A DNA stretch of 64,000 bases from Roseibacillus sp. (GTDB taxonomy: Bacteria > Verrucomicrobiota > Verrucomicrobiia > Verrucomicrobiales > Akkermansiaceae): the NCBI GenBank assembly GCA_051251855.1, contig JBPOGI010000003.1, forward strand, positions 541,241 to 605,240. Direction: 5' to 3'. The notes beneath the pieces are model-generated. The model did no database searches and was not told the DNA's origin. It saw only the letters and a program-made list of their open reading frames with translations. Positions 19,444 to 28,690 of this stretch are shown one piece after another; positions within the stretch are counted from its first letter, which is position 1, and every line of letters begins with the position of its first letter. The position numbers and the translations under genes are program-made.

Positions 19444-19917
19444 TTAAGTAGCGCCACCACCTTGGCTGGAGGCCCTTTGGGAGGATCGCTTCCAGGTGAG
19501 AATCGTTAGCCAAAACGCGAAGGAAACTCCTGTGAAGTCATGACCTGAACCTTTGATGGTTGCCTTTCTGGTAAAGGGATGATTGGGCGAAAGGGTCAGA
19601 TGGGTCTCTGGACCGGAGAGGATCATGGAGCGCCCGAGGCCTGGCGCTTTGAGAATGGTTGTTCCTTCAGGACCCGTAATCTCGAAATGGCGGGTGAAGG
19701 GGTTTGCTTTTACAGCTTGATAGAGGACAGCTCCTTCGCTCTTTATATGCCATTCTCCGCTCCAGATCCCTTGCTTTTCGACCTCGAAACGAGCTCCCTC
19801 TATGGCGATGAACCCATGCTCGCTCATGTGGTTGATGCCGAGTTGGCATTTTCGTTTCCCAAAAAGTAATTCGTATTTGTAGGAGAAGTAGCTTGTTGGG
19901 CGGCAGTCGATGTTCAC
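19444..19917 (-). CDS. hypothetical protein
   Basis: 157-aa beta-rich ORF filling the gap on the same strand as its neighbours. Confidence 0.65.
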   Translation of the reverse strand: MNIDCRPTSYFSYKYELLFGKRKCQLGINHMSEHGFIAIEGARFEVEKQGIWSGEWHIKSEGAVLYQAVKANPFTRHFEITGPEGTTILKAPGLGRSMILSGPETHLTLSPNHPFTRKATIKGSGHDFTGVSFAFWLTILTWKRSSQRASSQGGGAT

Positions 19918-19993
19918 GGATATGACCGTGGAGAACTTCGGATGTTCTTGCTATGGTAGCTTTTGGGGAAAATTACAATAGGCCATCCTATTC

Positions 19994-21346
19994 CTAGCGG
20001 GGCTGGTAGGACGCTTCGAGGTCGATGCGGAAGGACCAGCGCATGGGGAGTTCATACTCGCGGTGGTCTTTGAGGCGCCACTGGACTGAGACTTCACAAG
20101 AAGGAATGCGGAGGGGACGATTCACCTGCCAAGAGAAGGTTTTTTGTTCTTCGTTCCAGACTGCAGGGACTTTTCCAAATCCGGCCACGCGCATGACGAT
20201 AGACTCGGGGTCGACTTCGCTTTCTTGAGAAAGGTCTGCGGCAATGAGGGGGAGGCGGCTGGTGATGATGGCGCCGGGCTCAGGGACGACGGGGTGTTTG
20301 GTGGTTTGGATATTAATTCCGTCCGCATTTAGGCTGGCGGAGGTTTCGCGAAAGGTGGTGGCGAGCTGAAAGACGCCATCGCGATTACCGAGGATGATGT
20401 AGCGAGGGAGGACAAGGTTGTCGGAATCAAGACGAGTCATGCCTGGGTTGACCGTGAAGAGGTATTTGTAACCATGGTCGATGGCGACGGGAAACATGGC
20501 GTCGGTGACGTAGCCGCCGGGATAGGCATAGGTGGGAACAGGTTTGCCAAATTTCTTTTCGAGGAAGACTTTGGACTCACCGAACTCGGTGTTGAGGAAG
20601 GCTAAGTGAGCTTCTTTTCCCTTTTTAGCAGCGGCTTTGAACTTGGAAGGAAAGGGGTGATCGACGGAGTGGGAGCCAATGGTACAAAGGCCCGAGGCGA
20701 GCATTTCCTCGATCATGGGGGTGGTGAGGGCGCGACCGCCGCCATCGACGTAGCGCTTGTAGAGAAAGATGGTGAAGGGGAAGTTGAGCTCTTTGAAGAC
20801 GGGGAAGGCGTCGGTGTAGACTGACTTCCAGCCATCATCGATGGTGATGAGGAAGGATTGGGGTGGGAGGGTACCTTCGCCGCTCTTCCACTTGATGAAG
20901 TCTTCCATCGAGATAATGGGCTTTCCCAAGTCGCGGAGAGCTTCCATTTGCTTGCGAAACTTCTTGGTTTGAATACGCATCGCGGTGTTGGGCAAGCTGG
21001 AGGAAAACTCGTGGTAACCGAGAACGGAGACCCGAATGCCGTCGTCCTTTGGAGGAGTTTTGAGGCTCTCGGGGACGACCTTAGGGGCTCCTTCTTCGAT
21101 CATGCTCTCCTTGGAGGATACGATTTCGTCAAAAGCTGGTTCGCGATTGGGGTTGGGATCGGATGGAATGTAGATTCGGCCCTTGTCGTCACGTTCCACG
21201 ATGGGACGAGAGGGAGGAAGCTCCACAGGCATATTTGGCTCATCGCTATCCGCTGGTGTTGGCAAAGGGGGGACTTCAATGGGGGGAATTTCGTCTTGGC
21301 CACAAAGGAAAGTGGCGAAGAGGAGCAGGAGGGCAAGGGGACGCAT
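19994..21346 (-). CDS. polysaccharide deacetylase (CE4/NodB)
   Basis: Signal peptide from ATG 21346; LGYH, ITIDDGW, IGSHSVDH, YAYPGG. Confidence 0.9.
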   Translation of the reverse strand: MRPLALLLLFATFLCGQDEIPPIEVPPLPTPADSDEPNMPVELPPSRPIVERDDKGRIYIPSDPNPNREPAFDEIVSSKESMIEEGAPKVVPESLKTPPKDDGIRVSVLGYHEFSSSLPNTAMRIQTKKFRKQMEALRDLGKPIISMEDFIKWKSGEGTLPPQSFLITIDDGWKSVYTDAFPVFKELNFPFTIFLYKRYVDGGGRALTTPMIEEMLASGLCTIGSHSVDHPFPSKFKAAAKKGKEAHLAFLNTEFGESKVFLEKKFGKPVPTYAYPGGYVTDAMFPVAIDHGYKYLFTVNPGMTRLDSDNLVLPRYIILGNRDGVFQLATTFRETSASLNADGINIQTTKHPVVPEPGAIITSRLPLIAADLSQESEVDPESIVMRVAGFGKVPAVWNEEQKTFSWQVNRPLRIPSCEVSVQWRLKDHREYELPMRWSFRIDLEASYQPR

Positions 21347-21564
21347 GGCGAAGAGCCTCTTGAATTTAGAGGCGAGAATCAAGGCGGAGTCGGGTTATAG
21401 CCAAACTTTTTTGACCCATACGGATTGGCCTGTCGGTGAAGTAGAATTCGATAGTAGCGACCATACGGGCGTCTTTCTCGAAGCAGCGGGTCTCGCCATT
21501 GGCGCTGCCCCACGTTGGCGATGATTTGACTCGCGTTGAAGAAGCCACTCACCGTGGCTTTGAA

Positions 21565-22515
21565 TTAGTTGCCCGGAAAGGGGTTGGCGGTCAGTCGGAG
21601 CTCGATTTCTTGAGAATCGTAATTTGTGGAAGGGGAGAAGGTGCGCTCGATGGCTGGGCGCAGGGTGGAAAGGGCAAGGGCAGTGCCGACGGTGAGGAGG
21701 AGGGTGGCGATAATGGGGAAAAGAGTGACTGGGCGGCGGGGGGAGAGGAGGTTTTCGACGCGGTCGCGCAGGGTGGACTTGGTGGCCATAGCCATGGCGA
21801 GTGCAGGGGTGCGGCATTCCTTAGGCATGGCGAGGTCGCAAAGGGTGTGGGCGTAGCTTTTGGCGTCGATACCAGTGGCGAGAACGCGGGCGTCGCAGGC
21901 GAATTCGCATTGGGTGAGGAGGCGAGCGCGTAGGATCCAAGCGAGGGGGTTGAACCAGTGCACGAGGCAGGCGAGACGAGCGGCGAGGGCAGCCCAGAGG
22001 TCGCGTCGGACATGATGGCCGAGTTCGTGGAGGATGACCGCTTCGGCAGTGGGGCGTGGCCAGTCGAGGGCGGCTTCGGGAAGGTAGACGGTAGGTTTGA
22101 GGAGACCGCCAGCGACGGGCGAGGCGAGCTTGGAATGAATCCGAATTTGGGCCTTGCGACCCATGGCGAGTTGTTGATGCGAGGAATCTAAGACGTCTTC
22201 TAACAGAGGCGAATCAGTAAGGGGTTGGGAGGATTTTTTCCAACGTGAAAAGGCGAAGAGATCGAATAAGAACTTGATGCCGAAGACGGTCAGGCCAATG
22301 AGATAAATTTTCACGTAGACACTCGCGGAAGCTTCAAGGGCGATGGGGGCAGCGGTGGGTAGCTGAAGATGAATCTTGGGGAGAAAGGCGAAGAGTGGGA
22401 GAGAGAGAAGGGTGGCTAAAGTGATCGCGGTGAGTAGCGGAGTGCGACGTCCCGCGACTTGGACCGCGACCAACCCTAGGGCGGCGATGAGAAGGCTAAT
22501 GAGAGGAGAGGGCAT
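21565..22515 (-). CDS. M56-family (BlaR1/MecR1-like) membrane metallopeptidase without sensor domain
   Basis: ILHELGHHVRRD, HWFNPLAW, EFACD; ATG 22515. Confidence 0.9.
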   Translation of the reverse strand: MPSPLISLLIAALGLVAVQVAGRRTPLLTAITLATLLSLPLFAFLPKIHLQLPTAAPIALEASASVYVKIYLIGLTVFGIKFLFDLFAFSRWKKSSQPLTDSPLLEDVLDSSHQQLAMGRKAQIRIHSKLASPVAGGLLKPTVYLPEAALDWPRPTAEAVILHELGHHVRRDLWAALAARLACLVHWFNPLAWILRARLLTQCEFACDARVLATGIDAKSYAHTLCDLAMPKECRTPALAMAMATKSTLRDRVENLLSPRRPVTLFPIIATLLLTVGTALALSTLRPAIERTFSPSTNYDSQEIELRLTANPFPGN

Positions 22516-22529
22516 TGATTCGCAAAGAG

Positions 22530-23174
22530 TTAGTTTTCGTCGTTTAAAGCGTAGTAAGACATTCCTTGGACAGACCAACCTTTGGACTCGAGAAGGTTCC
22601 CGACTTCTAGCACGCGGGCGGCGTAGATGGGGCTTGTGGGTGACATGAGAGGGGGAGTTTCAATGGCGGCGGTCCCGATGGCGACCCATTCCGTATCTTG
22701 TTTAGTGCGGGTGGGGGCTTGCTCAGAACTTTCAAGGGCGGCGAGGAGGTTAGTAAATCGGGTGAGAACGCCGTCGAGATAGAATTGACCACGTTGGTCG
22801 ACGCGCAGGGTGAGGTTCTTCCCGTTTTCTAGGAGGAGTTCGATAGATTCGACGTCTTGTTCTTCGATGAAGAGGGCGAGTTTCTTCTTGTCTAACAAGA
22901 TTGCGGAGTAGCTGTAACCGCATGTGCAATCGTTGTGGTTGATGGGAAGAATTCCTTCGAGTCTCTTCGGGGTGTTGGGGGAGGTCTTGCGAATCTCTTT
23001 CCACTGTGTTGTTGTGAGGGTGACGGAGTCGAGGGTTTCTATTTCTTCGATCTGAGACTCGTTCAGTGAGATAGTCAGGTGAGGGAAGGCGAGATTGCCA
23101 TCTTCGTCTTTTGGGATGCCTTCTGCAAAAAGTGCGATGGGGAAGAGAGCAAGAGCGAAGAGGATGGCTTTCAT
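22530..23174 (-). CDS. secreted hypothetical protein with an ExbD-like C-terminal segment
   Basis: Signal peptide MKAILFALALFPIALFA at ATG 23174; CTC motif; LTLRVDQRGQFYLDG. Confidence 0.7.
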   Translation of the reverse strand: MKAILFALALFPIALFAEGIPKDEDGNLAFPHLTISLNESQIEEIETLDSVTLTTTQWKEIRKTSPNTPKRLEGILPINHNDCTCGYSYSAILLDKKKLALFIEEQDVESIELLLENGKNLTLRVDQRGQFYLDGVLTRFTNLLAALESSEQAPTRTKQDTEWVAIGTAAIETPPLMSPTSPIYAARVLEVGNLLESKGWSVQGMSYYALNDEN

Positions 23175-23190
23175 GGCAAGGAGTGACTTT

Positions 23191-23565
23191 CTATTTGTCG
23201 TCAATGAGACCGCGGATGGTCTCGATTTCTTCAGCGGAAAGTTTCTGATCCTTAGGGTCGAGGAGGGCGGCCACAAGGTTCTCGGGTTTTCCTTGGAAAA
23301 AGGTGCCGAGGAGGTTTTTGAGGGCGGAACGTTTGGCGGAGTCCTCGGCGATAGCGGGCTGGTAGAGGTAGCGACGACCGGATTTGGTATGCTTGACCAT
23401 TTCCTTGTTTTCCAAAGTGACAAGCAAAGCGCGTACTGCCGAGTAGCTGGGAGGATCGGGCAAGTTGTCTTGCACGTCCTGCGCGGTCGCTTCGCCGAGG
23501 CGATAAATGATGTCGAGAATTTGACGCTCCCGGCGTGAGAGATGGCCTTTTTCCAATCGGTTCAT
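23191..23565 (-). CDS. BlaI/MecI/CopY-family repressor
   Basis: LSRRERQILDIIY, PPSYSAVRALL..LE.K, RYLYQP. Confidence 0.93.
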   Translation of the reverse strand: MNRLEKGHLSRRERQILDIIYRLGEATAQDVQDNLPDPPSYSAVRALLVTLENKEMVKHTKSGRRYLYQPAIAEDSAKRSALKNLLGTFFQGKPENLVAALLDPKDQKLSAEEIETIRGLIDDK

Positions 23566-23571
23566 GTCGTT

Positions 23572-23621
23572 AATTTAGCGGGTGCTGGATTTTTGGCAAT
23601 TTAAATGTTGTTTTTTTGGCA
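23572..23621 (-). promoter_or_regulatory. blaI-like promoter with two imperfect palindromic operators
   Basis: TGCTGGATTTTTGGCA (23583-23598) and TGTTGTTTTTTTGGCA (23606-23621); the first overlaps TTGCCA-N16-TAAATT. Confidence 0.55.
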
Positions 23622-23689
23622 ATCAGATGTTCGAAGGCTCGAATCAATCGAGAAAAGTCCTGCTTGGAGTGGTTCCGCCGTGGGGCTTA

Positions 23690-23974
23690 TCCCATTTGAG
23701 CGGTTAACTTGGTGTAGTGGATTGTTTTTTGGTCCGAAAGAATGCGCGTCACGACGGACGAGGAGGTTGGGCTAGCCTTCCCCAAAACACCGTTGTTTGC
23801 TGCTCCCCTCCAGTCGCCCCTTCGGGTTGCCTTTGCAGGCAAGCTATTTCGCTCTGCTCGGTTCTCGGTCCGAGCGCACCCACGGGGGATACCACTCGCA
23901 CTGCTCCCTCGGCGCGACTTGGCCTTGGAGAATCTGACCTCGACCATTACACCAAGTTAACTGCTCAGATGGTA
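23690..23974. mobile_element. MITE-like non-autonomous element, 285 bp
   Basis: 31-bp terminal inverted repeats with 4 mismatches (23690-23720 and 23944-23974); TTA on both flanks (23687-23689, 23975-23977); no transposase. Confidence 0.75.
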
Positions 23975-23982
23975 TTAAGCTA

Positions 23983-26900
23983 TTAGTCTGGAGTATTTGA
24001 GAAAGGAGTTCGCAGCACTGCCCGATAGCGTAAGAAGAAGGGGGATGCGAGATCGGCGCCAAGAGTGGCGATGCCATTGTCCATGGTGACAAGAGTAGGA
24101 ACGAGTATTGTAGCGCCAAGGTCTTCTTCCCAAGCGACAACCGGGTTCCAATTCACAAGTGGGGTTCCGATCTGTGAATTGCTGACCTCCAGATAGAGAT
24201 CGACGTCGCTCGGCACATTGGCGGGCAATAGGATTTGGCCCGTGCCACTGGGATTTCCTCCAATGGCTTCGATGCTTGCAGAGCCAAAGACATAGGTGAT
24301 CCCGTTGGAGATGCCCGTGGGGAGGGAGACAGCATCGAAGGAGCGGTCTAAACCAGAAGCGATACTAGCTTCGGCCCAGTTGGCATAGAGGCTGTTTGCT
24401 CCGAGGAGCACCTGGTCAATCCAGGTCGAGTCCTGTCCTCCGTCAACTGTGCCGTCCTTGTCATATGTCCAGCTAAGGTTGTGAGGACCTGGGCCCAGAA
24501 GATAAGTTTCAAAATAGGTCCAGTCATTTTCACCGGATTGTCTCATGATTTCGACTCCATTTATTGTGAAAATGAGGTGGTCAAAGTTCGCTTCGGTAGA
24601 GGTCTTCCACCAGAAGGAGAGAAAGTCTTCTCCCGAAATGGTTGTTGTCATTGTCGAACTTTGGGAATGGTTGATGTTCCCGCTCTGGGCCGAGTCAACC
24701 CCGTCAAAGGTATTGCCGTTTGCTTGATCCTGAACGATGGCCCAGTTGGCCTCCCCAGAGTTTACAAGGGCCAAGCCGGAGTTATCTACTGCGAGGAGAA
24801 GCTGATTAAAATCAACTTGGTCTACCCACCCCATAATTTCTTCATCTTCAAAGGCCTCTTTCGTTAGTATCCATTCGAGAGCATGAGTTCCTGGAGGGAT
24901 GGGAATAATGACTTGTTGCCAGTCGACGTCTCCCGAGATTTCTGGTGCAGCGACATGCTCGACATCGTTGAGATAGAAGCGCAAGGAGTCCTCGTTTTCA
25001 TTAGAGAGGGTCTTCCACCAGAAAGAGAGGGTGCCTTCTCCAGTCACGGTGGTCTCCAATGATGATGAGAAAGAGTAACCTACGCCAAGGGTGGCCTGAG
25101 CGGCATCAAAACCGTCGGAGTTCGTTGAGGTTTGCCCGACCCAGAATTCGCTACCCGAGGTTGACCAAATGAAGTTCGTTGTGTCGAGGGCTGTGGGAAG
25201 ATCGACTGTGTCACTGAATTGAATATCATCGACCCAAGCTGCATCTTGACCATTGCTTACTGAAAAGTCCTTTTCATAGCTCCAGCGTAGGGTATGGGTG
25301 CCGACTGGAATGGAGATGGTAACAAGCTGCCAATCGATTTCGCCTGAAATTGCAGGGGCACCGACTTGTTCTTGCCCATCAAGATAGAACTTCAGAAAGT
25401 CATAGTTTGCTTCGGAGGAAGTTTTCGCTCGGTAGCTCAATGCTATTGGCCCCTCGACGGTAGTAGTCATTGAGGCGGACTGGTTGTTTACCAAATAGGG
25501 ACTTCGGGCGGCATCTGAGCTATCGAAAGTCACTGATGCCTGACCGAACCAATTGCTGTCTCCTAAAGTAGAAAAGCTGAGCTCGGTTGCATCCACAGAC
25601 TCGGGAAGCGGGATCGGGGTGACCACTTCAAAAGTGATGGCCAAATCAGCTTCACCGCCCGGGTTTGTCGCGGTGAGGGTGAAGGGATAAGAACTAGAGC
25701 CTGTTGGGGTGCCGCTAATAATGCCTGTTGTCTCATCTAGGCTCATCCCTGTAGGAAGAGTGCCTGCGGAAATGGTAAGTTCTGACGATCCGGTGACGTT
25801 GGGAACGTAAGTCAGGGGCTGGTTTTCTGGTGCGACTACTGAGGTTAGGCCAGAGAGAGTGGGAGGAGTGACCACGACTTGCACCTTGTCGACCAAGAGG
25901 CGTTCTCCATTCGAGTTGCTTTGCATGGCGATTCGGAGTTGAAAGCTTTCGGTTGACGGAAGAGGGAAGGCGAATTCTCGGAAGGTGTTGTCGAGGATGG
26001 TGCTGTTGAGTTCGCCAAAGCCATCGAGATTGAAGTCTTGGGAGATGGTCACGCTGGAAACCGTTGGGCTCGTTCCGTCGGAAGTGGCGTGAAAGGCTCC
26101 AACGGTGGTCCAGGTGCTGCCATCAACACTCGTTTGAGCTTCGATGAAGTCGCCTGAGTCGTAGTTGGCGCCATCAGGTGCGGCAGCGAGAAATCTGACT
26201 TCGATCGGATAAGTTGTTGGGGTGTTTAGGTTGAAGTAAATGGCCTCTGGCTCTGAAGCTGCTTCGATGACCGCGTCTTCGATGGCGAAAGCCCAAGAGC
26301 CATCGGTTGCAGCGAGGCCGGGTTCGGTGCGTCCAAAGATATTGTCGTCCGCTGGTTCTCCGAAGGCTCCGTCCGCAAAGTAGCGTACTCCTTGACCATC
26401 TGTTTCAAAGGACTCCATGTAGGGGAGGGTCGTGATGGTCTCTATGACGTTGTTGATCTCAATTTCTCGAATGGCACTCGCGATGTTGTTTTGGTCATCC
26501 GTGATAGTGAAGGTGATTTGTCGGGTGGTGGTGTCAGGATTTGTGGTGTTGGTATTTGTGTATTTGAAGGTCTGAAGCACCGCCATAAACTCGGCTAGGG
26601 TGGCCGGTCCAGAAATCGTGAGAGAATTACCGCTAAAGCTAAGATCGTCGCTGCCAATTGCTGAATTACCAAAGGTGGAGATGCCTTTAGTATCTTCAGA
26701 TGAATTATACCCCGAGCTAATGGTAATGGTTGCAGAGTTGAGCGTTGTGGAGTCGAGATCTGTGATCGAGAGAGTAGGAGCAACGACTTGAGAGCCGCTG
26801 CCTTCCTCATAGGTGAGGGGAGTCGGATCCACCCCCGTGATGACGGGGGCCGCCGTGGTGGAGGCGTCTCCCAAAAAGTAAATGGAATCGATGGCAAAGA

Positions 26901-27591
26901 ACTCGCCTGAGCCGTTGGTCTGCATCTTGATGCGAACTTGGGCATTGGGTCCCGGGACCACGGGGAACCTGACTTCCGAGAAGTTGCTACTACCGATTCC
27001 AGGGAAGACGGAAACGTTTGCAAAGGTGTCCGAACGCGTGAGGACTTGGTTCGATGTGACCGCAGCGGTAGAACTCGGGGCGAAGCGGACGACCTCTGAG
27101 AAGTTGGTGCCATCCGAAGAGTATTCAACAATCAGTTGATCAGTCAGGAAGTCGTCTGGCGAGTAATCGTATTCGGTATTATCCACGAAGGCGGTGTTGT
27201 CACCGTTGGAATCGCCAGGTGCGGCTATGAGGATACGAACGGTTGTATTGGTAAGACCCGTTAAGTTGACCGAAGCCGTTGTGAGCTCCCCTAAACTTTG
27301 AGGAAGGTTGAGGATAGGGTTAGCAGAGGAGTCAATATCTTCCGCCGCGAAGACCTGGGTCCCATCACCCCCTCCAATGGAGGCAAAGCGGGTTTGGTCA
27401 TTGGGGAGAACCTGGAAGAAATCAGTTTCCAAGTTATCGAAGAGATGTGGGTTCGTGGTGTAGCCGAGATCCTCAGTGGGGCTGTCTCCAAAAGTTTCGC
27501 AGGCAACGACCTCGGGGTCGACCACTCCGGCGAGCGAGTGGGATAGAAGAAGGCCGCTGGCGACAGCGCTGATTAGAAAGGGATTCCTCAT
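23983..27591 (-). CDS. 1202-aa secreted multidomain surface protein (two related beta-sandwiches, cadherin-like and He_PIG Ig-like domains, three tandem ~135-aa repeats)
   Basis: Signal peptide; TYEEG..SITDLDS..TRQITFTITD; LPTGMSLDETTGIISGTPT; three repeats with D.L.F...G...SG..DW...H.L.W..K...W.D; C-terminal YANWA...FFLRYR. Confidence 0.88.
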   Translation of the reverse strand: MRNPFLISAVASGLLLSHSLAGVVDPEVVACETFGDSPTEDLGYTTNPHLFDNLETDFFQVLPNDQTRFASIGGGDGTQVFAAEDIDSSANPILNLPQSLGELTTASVNLTGLTNTTVRILIAAPGDSNGDNTAFVDNTEYDYSPDDFLTDQLIVEYSSDGTNFSEVVRFAPSSTAAVTSNQVLTRSDTFANVSVFPGIGSSNFSEVRFPVVPGPNAQVRIKMQTNGSGEFFAIDSIYFLGDASTTAAPVITGVDPTPLTYEEGSGSQVVAPTLSITDLDSTTLNSATITISSGYNSSEDTKGISTFGNSAIGSDDLSFSGNSLTISGPATLAEFMAVLQTFKYTNTNTTNPDTTTRQITFTITDDQNNIASAIREIEINNVIETITTLPYMESFETDGQGVRYFADGAFGEPADDNIFGRTEPGLAATDGSWAFAIEDAVIEAASEPEAIYFNLNTPTTYPIEVRFLAAAPDGANYDSGDFIEAQTSVDGSTWTTVGAFHATSDGTSPTVSSVTISQDFNLDGFGELNSTILDNTFREFAFPLPSTESFQLRIAMQSNSNGERLLVDKVQVVVTPPTLSGLTSVVAPENQPLTYVPNVTGSSELTISAGTLPTGMSLDETTGIISGTPTGSSSYPFTLTATNPGGEADLAITFEVVTPIPLPESVDATELSFSTLGDSNWFGQASVTFDSSDAARSPYLVNNQSASMTTTVEGPIALSYRAKTSSEANYDFLKFYLDGQEQVGAPAISGEIDWQLVTISIPVGTHTLRWSYEKDFSVSNGQDAAWVDDIQFSDTVDLPTALDTTNFIWSTSGSEFWVGQTSTNSDGFDAAQATLGVGYSFSSSLETTVTGEGTLSFWWKTLSNENEDSLRFYLNDVEHVAAPEISGDVDWQQVIIPIPPGTHALEWILTKEAFEDEEIMGWVDQVDFNQLLLAVDNSGLALVNSGEANWAIVQDQANGNTFDGVDSAQSGNINHSQSSTMTTTISGEDFLSFWWKTSTEANFDHLIFTINGVEIMRQSGENDWTYFETYLLGPGPHNLSWTYDKDGTVDGGQDSTWIDQVLLGANSLYANWAEASIASGLDRSFDAVSLPTGISNGITYVFGSASIEAIGGNPSGTGQILLPANVPSDVDLYLEVSNSQIGTPLVNWNPVVAWEEDLGATILVPTLVTMDNGIATLGADLASPFFLRYRAVLRTPFSNTPD

Positions 27592-27617
27592 TTCGATAAA
27601 TTATGAAGTTAGGAGGC

Positions 27618-28154
27618 TTAGTTGCGGGACGGAAAGATGCCGATAAGAGCAATACACCAGTTGATGACGAGGTAGGGCTGCATGTTGGTGTGAGCCAAGC
27701 CGCCGCCGGCACTCCCAACGGTGACACTAACGCCTTGAGACGCCATGTTCTCATTGGTGGAGCTGCTGTAGTTTTCGTCGCCTGCGTGAGCCGCTGAATA
27801 GTGATTTTGGGGGCTATCTTCGTCACCTGCGTTAGTGCTGCACTTGATGGTGCCGTTGGCCGAATGACTGTGAGAAGGAATCTGGGGTGTTGTCAAAGTG
27901 ACGTTTTCGAGGCCGCTCTTTTGCCCGATCGAGCGAGGAGTTAATCCCGCTCCACTTCCCATGTGAATCGGAGCGCGCCCACGGAGGTCCGGAAGGGCGA
28001 AGGTAGTTCTGCCGTCACCTCCATAGATCGTTCCCAAAAGAGAAAAGAGGGCTGAATTGGAAGAGATGGCAATCAGTTGCCCGTCGCAGTGTGCCCAACC
28101 ACGCGGTGCGAAGTTGAATCCGAAGGGTTGTATTTGTCCGATGAATGGTTCCAT
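27618..28154 (-). CDS. phage tail-collar domain protein ('microcystin-dependent protein'-like)
   Basis: FIGQIQPFGFNFAPRGWAHCDGQ, LFSLLGTIYGGDGRTTFALPDLRGR, HTNMQPYL...IFPSRN. Confidence 0.93.
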   Translation of the reverse strand: MEPFIGQIQPFGFNFAPRGWAHCDGQLIAISSNSALFSLLGTIYGGDGRTTFALPDLRGRAPIHMGSGAGLTPRSIGQKSGLENVTLTTPQIPSHSHSANGTIKCSTNAGDEDSPQNHYSAAHAGDENYSSSTNENMASQGVSVTVGSAGGGLAHTNMQPYLVINWCIALIGIFPSRN

Positions 28155-28171
28155 AATTTTTTAGGTTGAGG

Positions 28172-28669
28172 TTAGTTTTGGTGAGAGGCCGCTAGGTTGG
28201 CTGTTGCTGACTCCGTTCGGAGCCAAGGGAGAAGGGAGGGATAGTTTTCACTCATTCCAAAGTAAGAGAGCAGAGGGATGCCGGGTCCTACTCCCGAGTG
28301 ATAAGCTTGGATGAGATCACGACTTTGACCATGGTATCCAGAAGGATGAAAAACGAGCTCGGGCTCAATTCCGGCTTCCTTTGCGGCCGCGAAGGCCCAA
28401 GCCATCGCCGCCATTTCGAGGGCTGGTTCCAGAGTCGCACGATCATCGAGGTGCTGTCGGTCTTCTGGGAGCGACACTGCGATGCGACCGGCCACGTAGT
28501 AGAGGTCGCCAGGAAATTCGAGTTGCTCTCGGTCAAAGCTGACTACGCCCCCTGCACAAGAAACACCCGGGACACAAGAGCTTTGCCCTTCGGAAAAGGT
28601 TATCTCTAGTACCTTGATTCCGATCTTCTCGAAAAAGGAAAAGGTAGCTTGGAATTGTGGTTGAGTCAT
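28172..28669 (-). CDS. hypothetical protein, zincin-like with a degenerate metal motif
   Basis: FFEKIGI...PG...PGDLYYVAGRIAV...EMAAMAWAFAA...VFHPSGY...GIPLL. Confidence 0.75.
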   Translation of the reverse strand: MTQPQFQATFSFFEKIGIKVLEITFSEGQSSCVPGVSCAGGVVSFDREQLEFPGDLYYVAGRIAVSLPEDRQHLDDRATLEPALEMAAMAWAFAAAKEAGIEPELVFHPSGYHGQSRDLIQAYHSGVGPGIPLLSYFGMSENYPSLLPWLRTESATANLAASHQN

Positions 28670-28690
28670 GGCCTCCGATTTTCTCGATTT

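Noticed and set aside
21366..21560. Short coding-like fragments between the deacetylase and M56 genes
   Set aside because: Plausible peptides appear in different frames but no family could be recognised; needs BLASTx
23687..23980. CRISPR array suggested by the repeated HYTKLTAQM peptide in the ORF track
   Set aside because: The two copies are inverted and only two exist; they are the MITE's terminal repeats, and the ORFs across them are spurious
27618..28154. Prophage, tailocin or eCIS around the tail-collar gene
   Set aside because: No integrase, terminase, capsid, sheath, tube, baseplate or lysis genes recognised in the window
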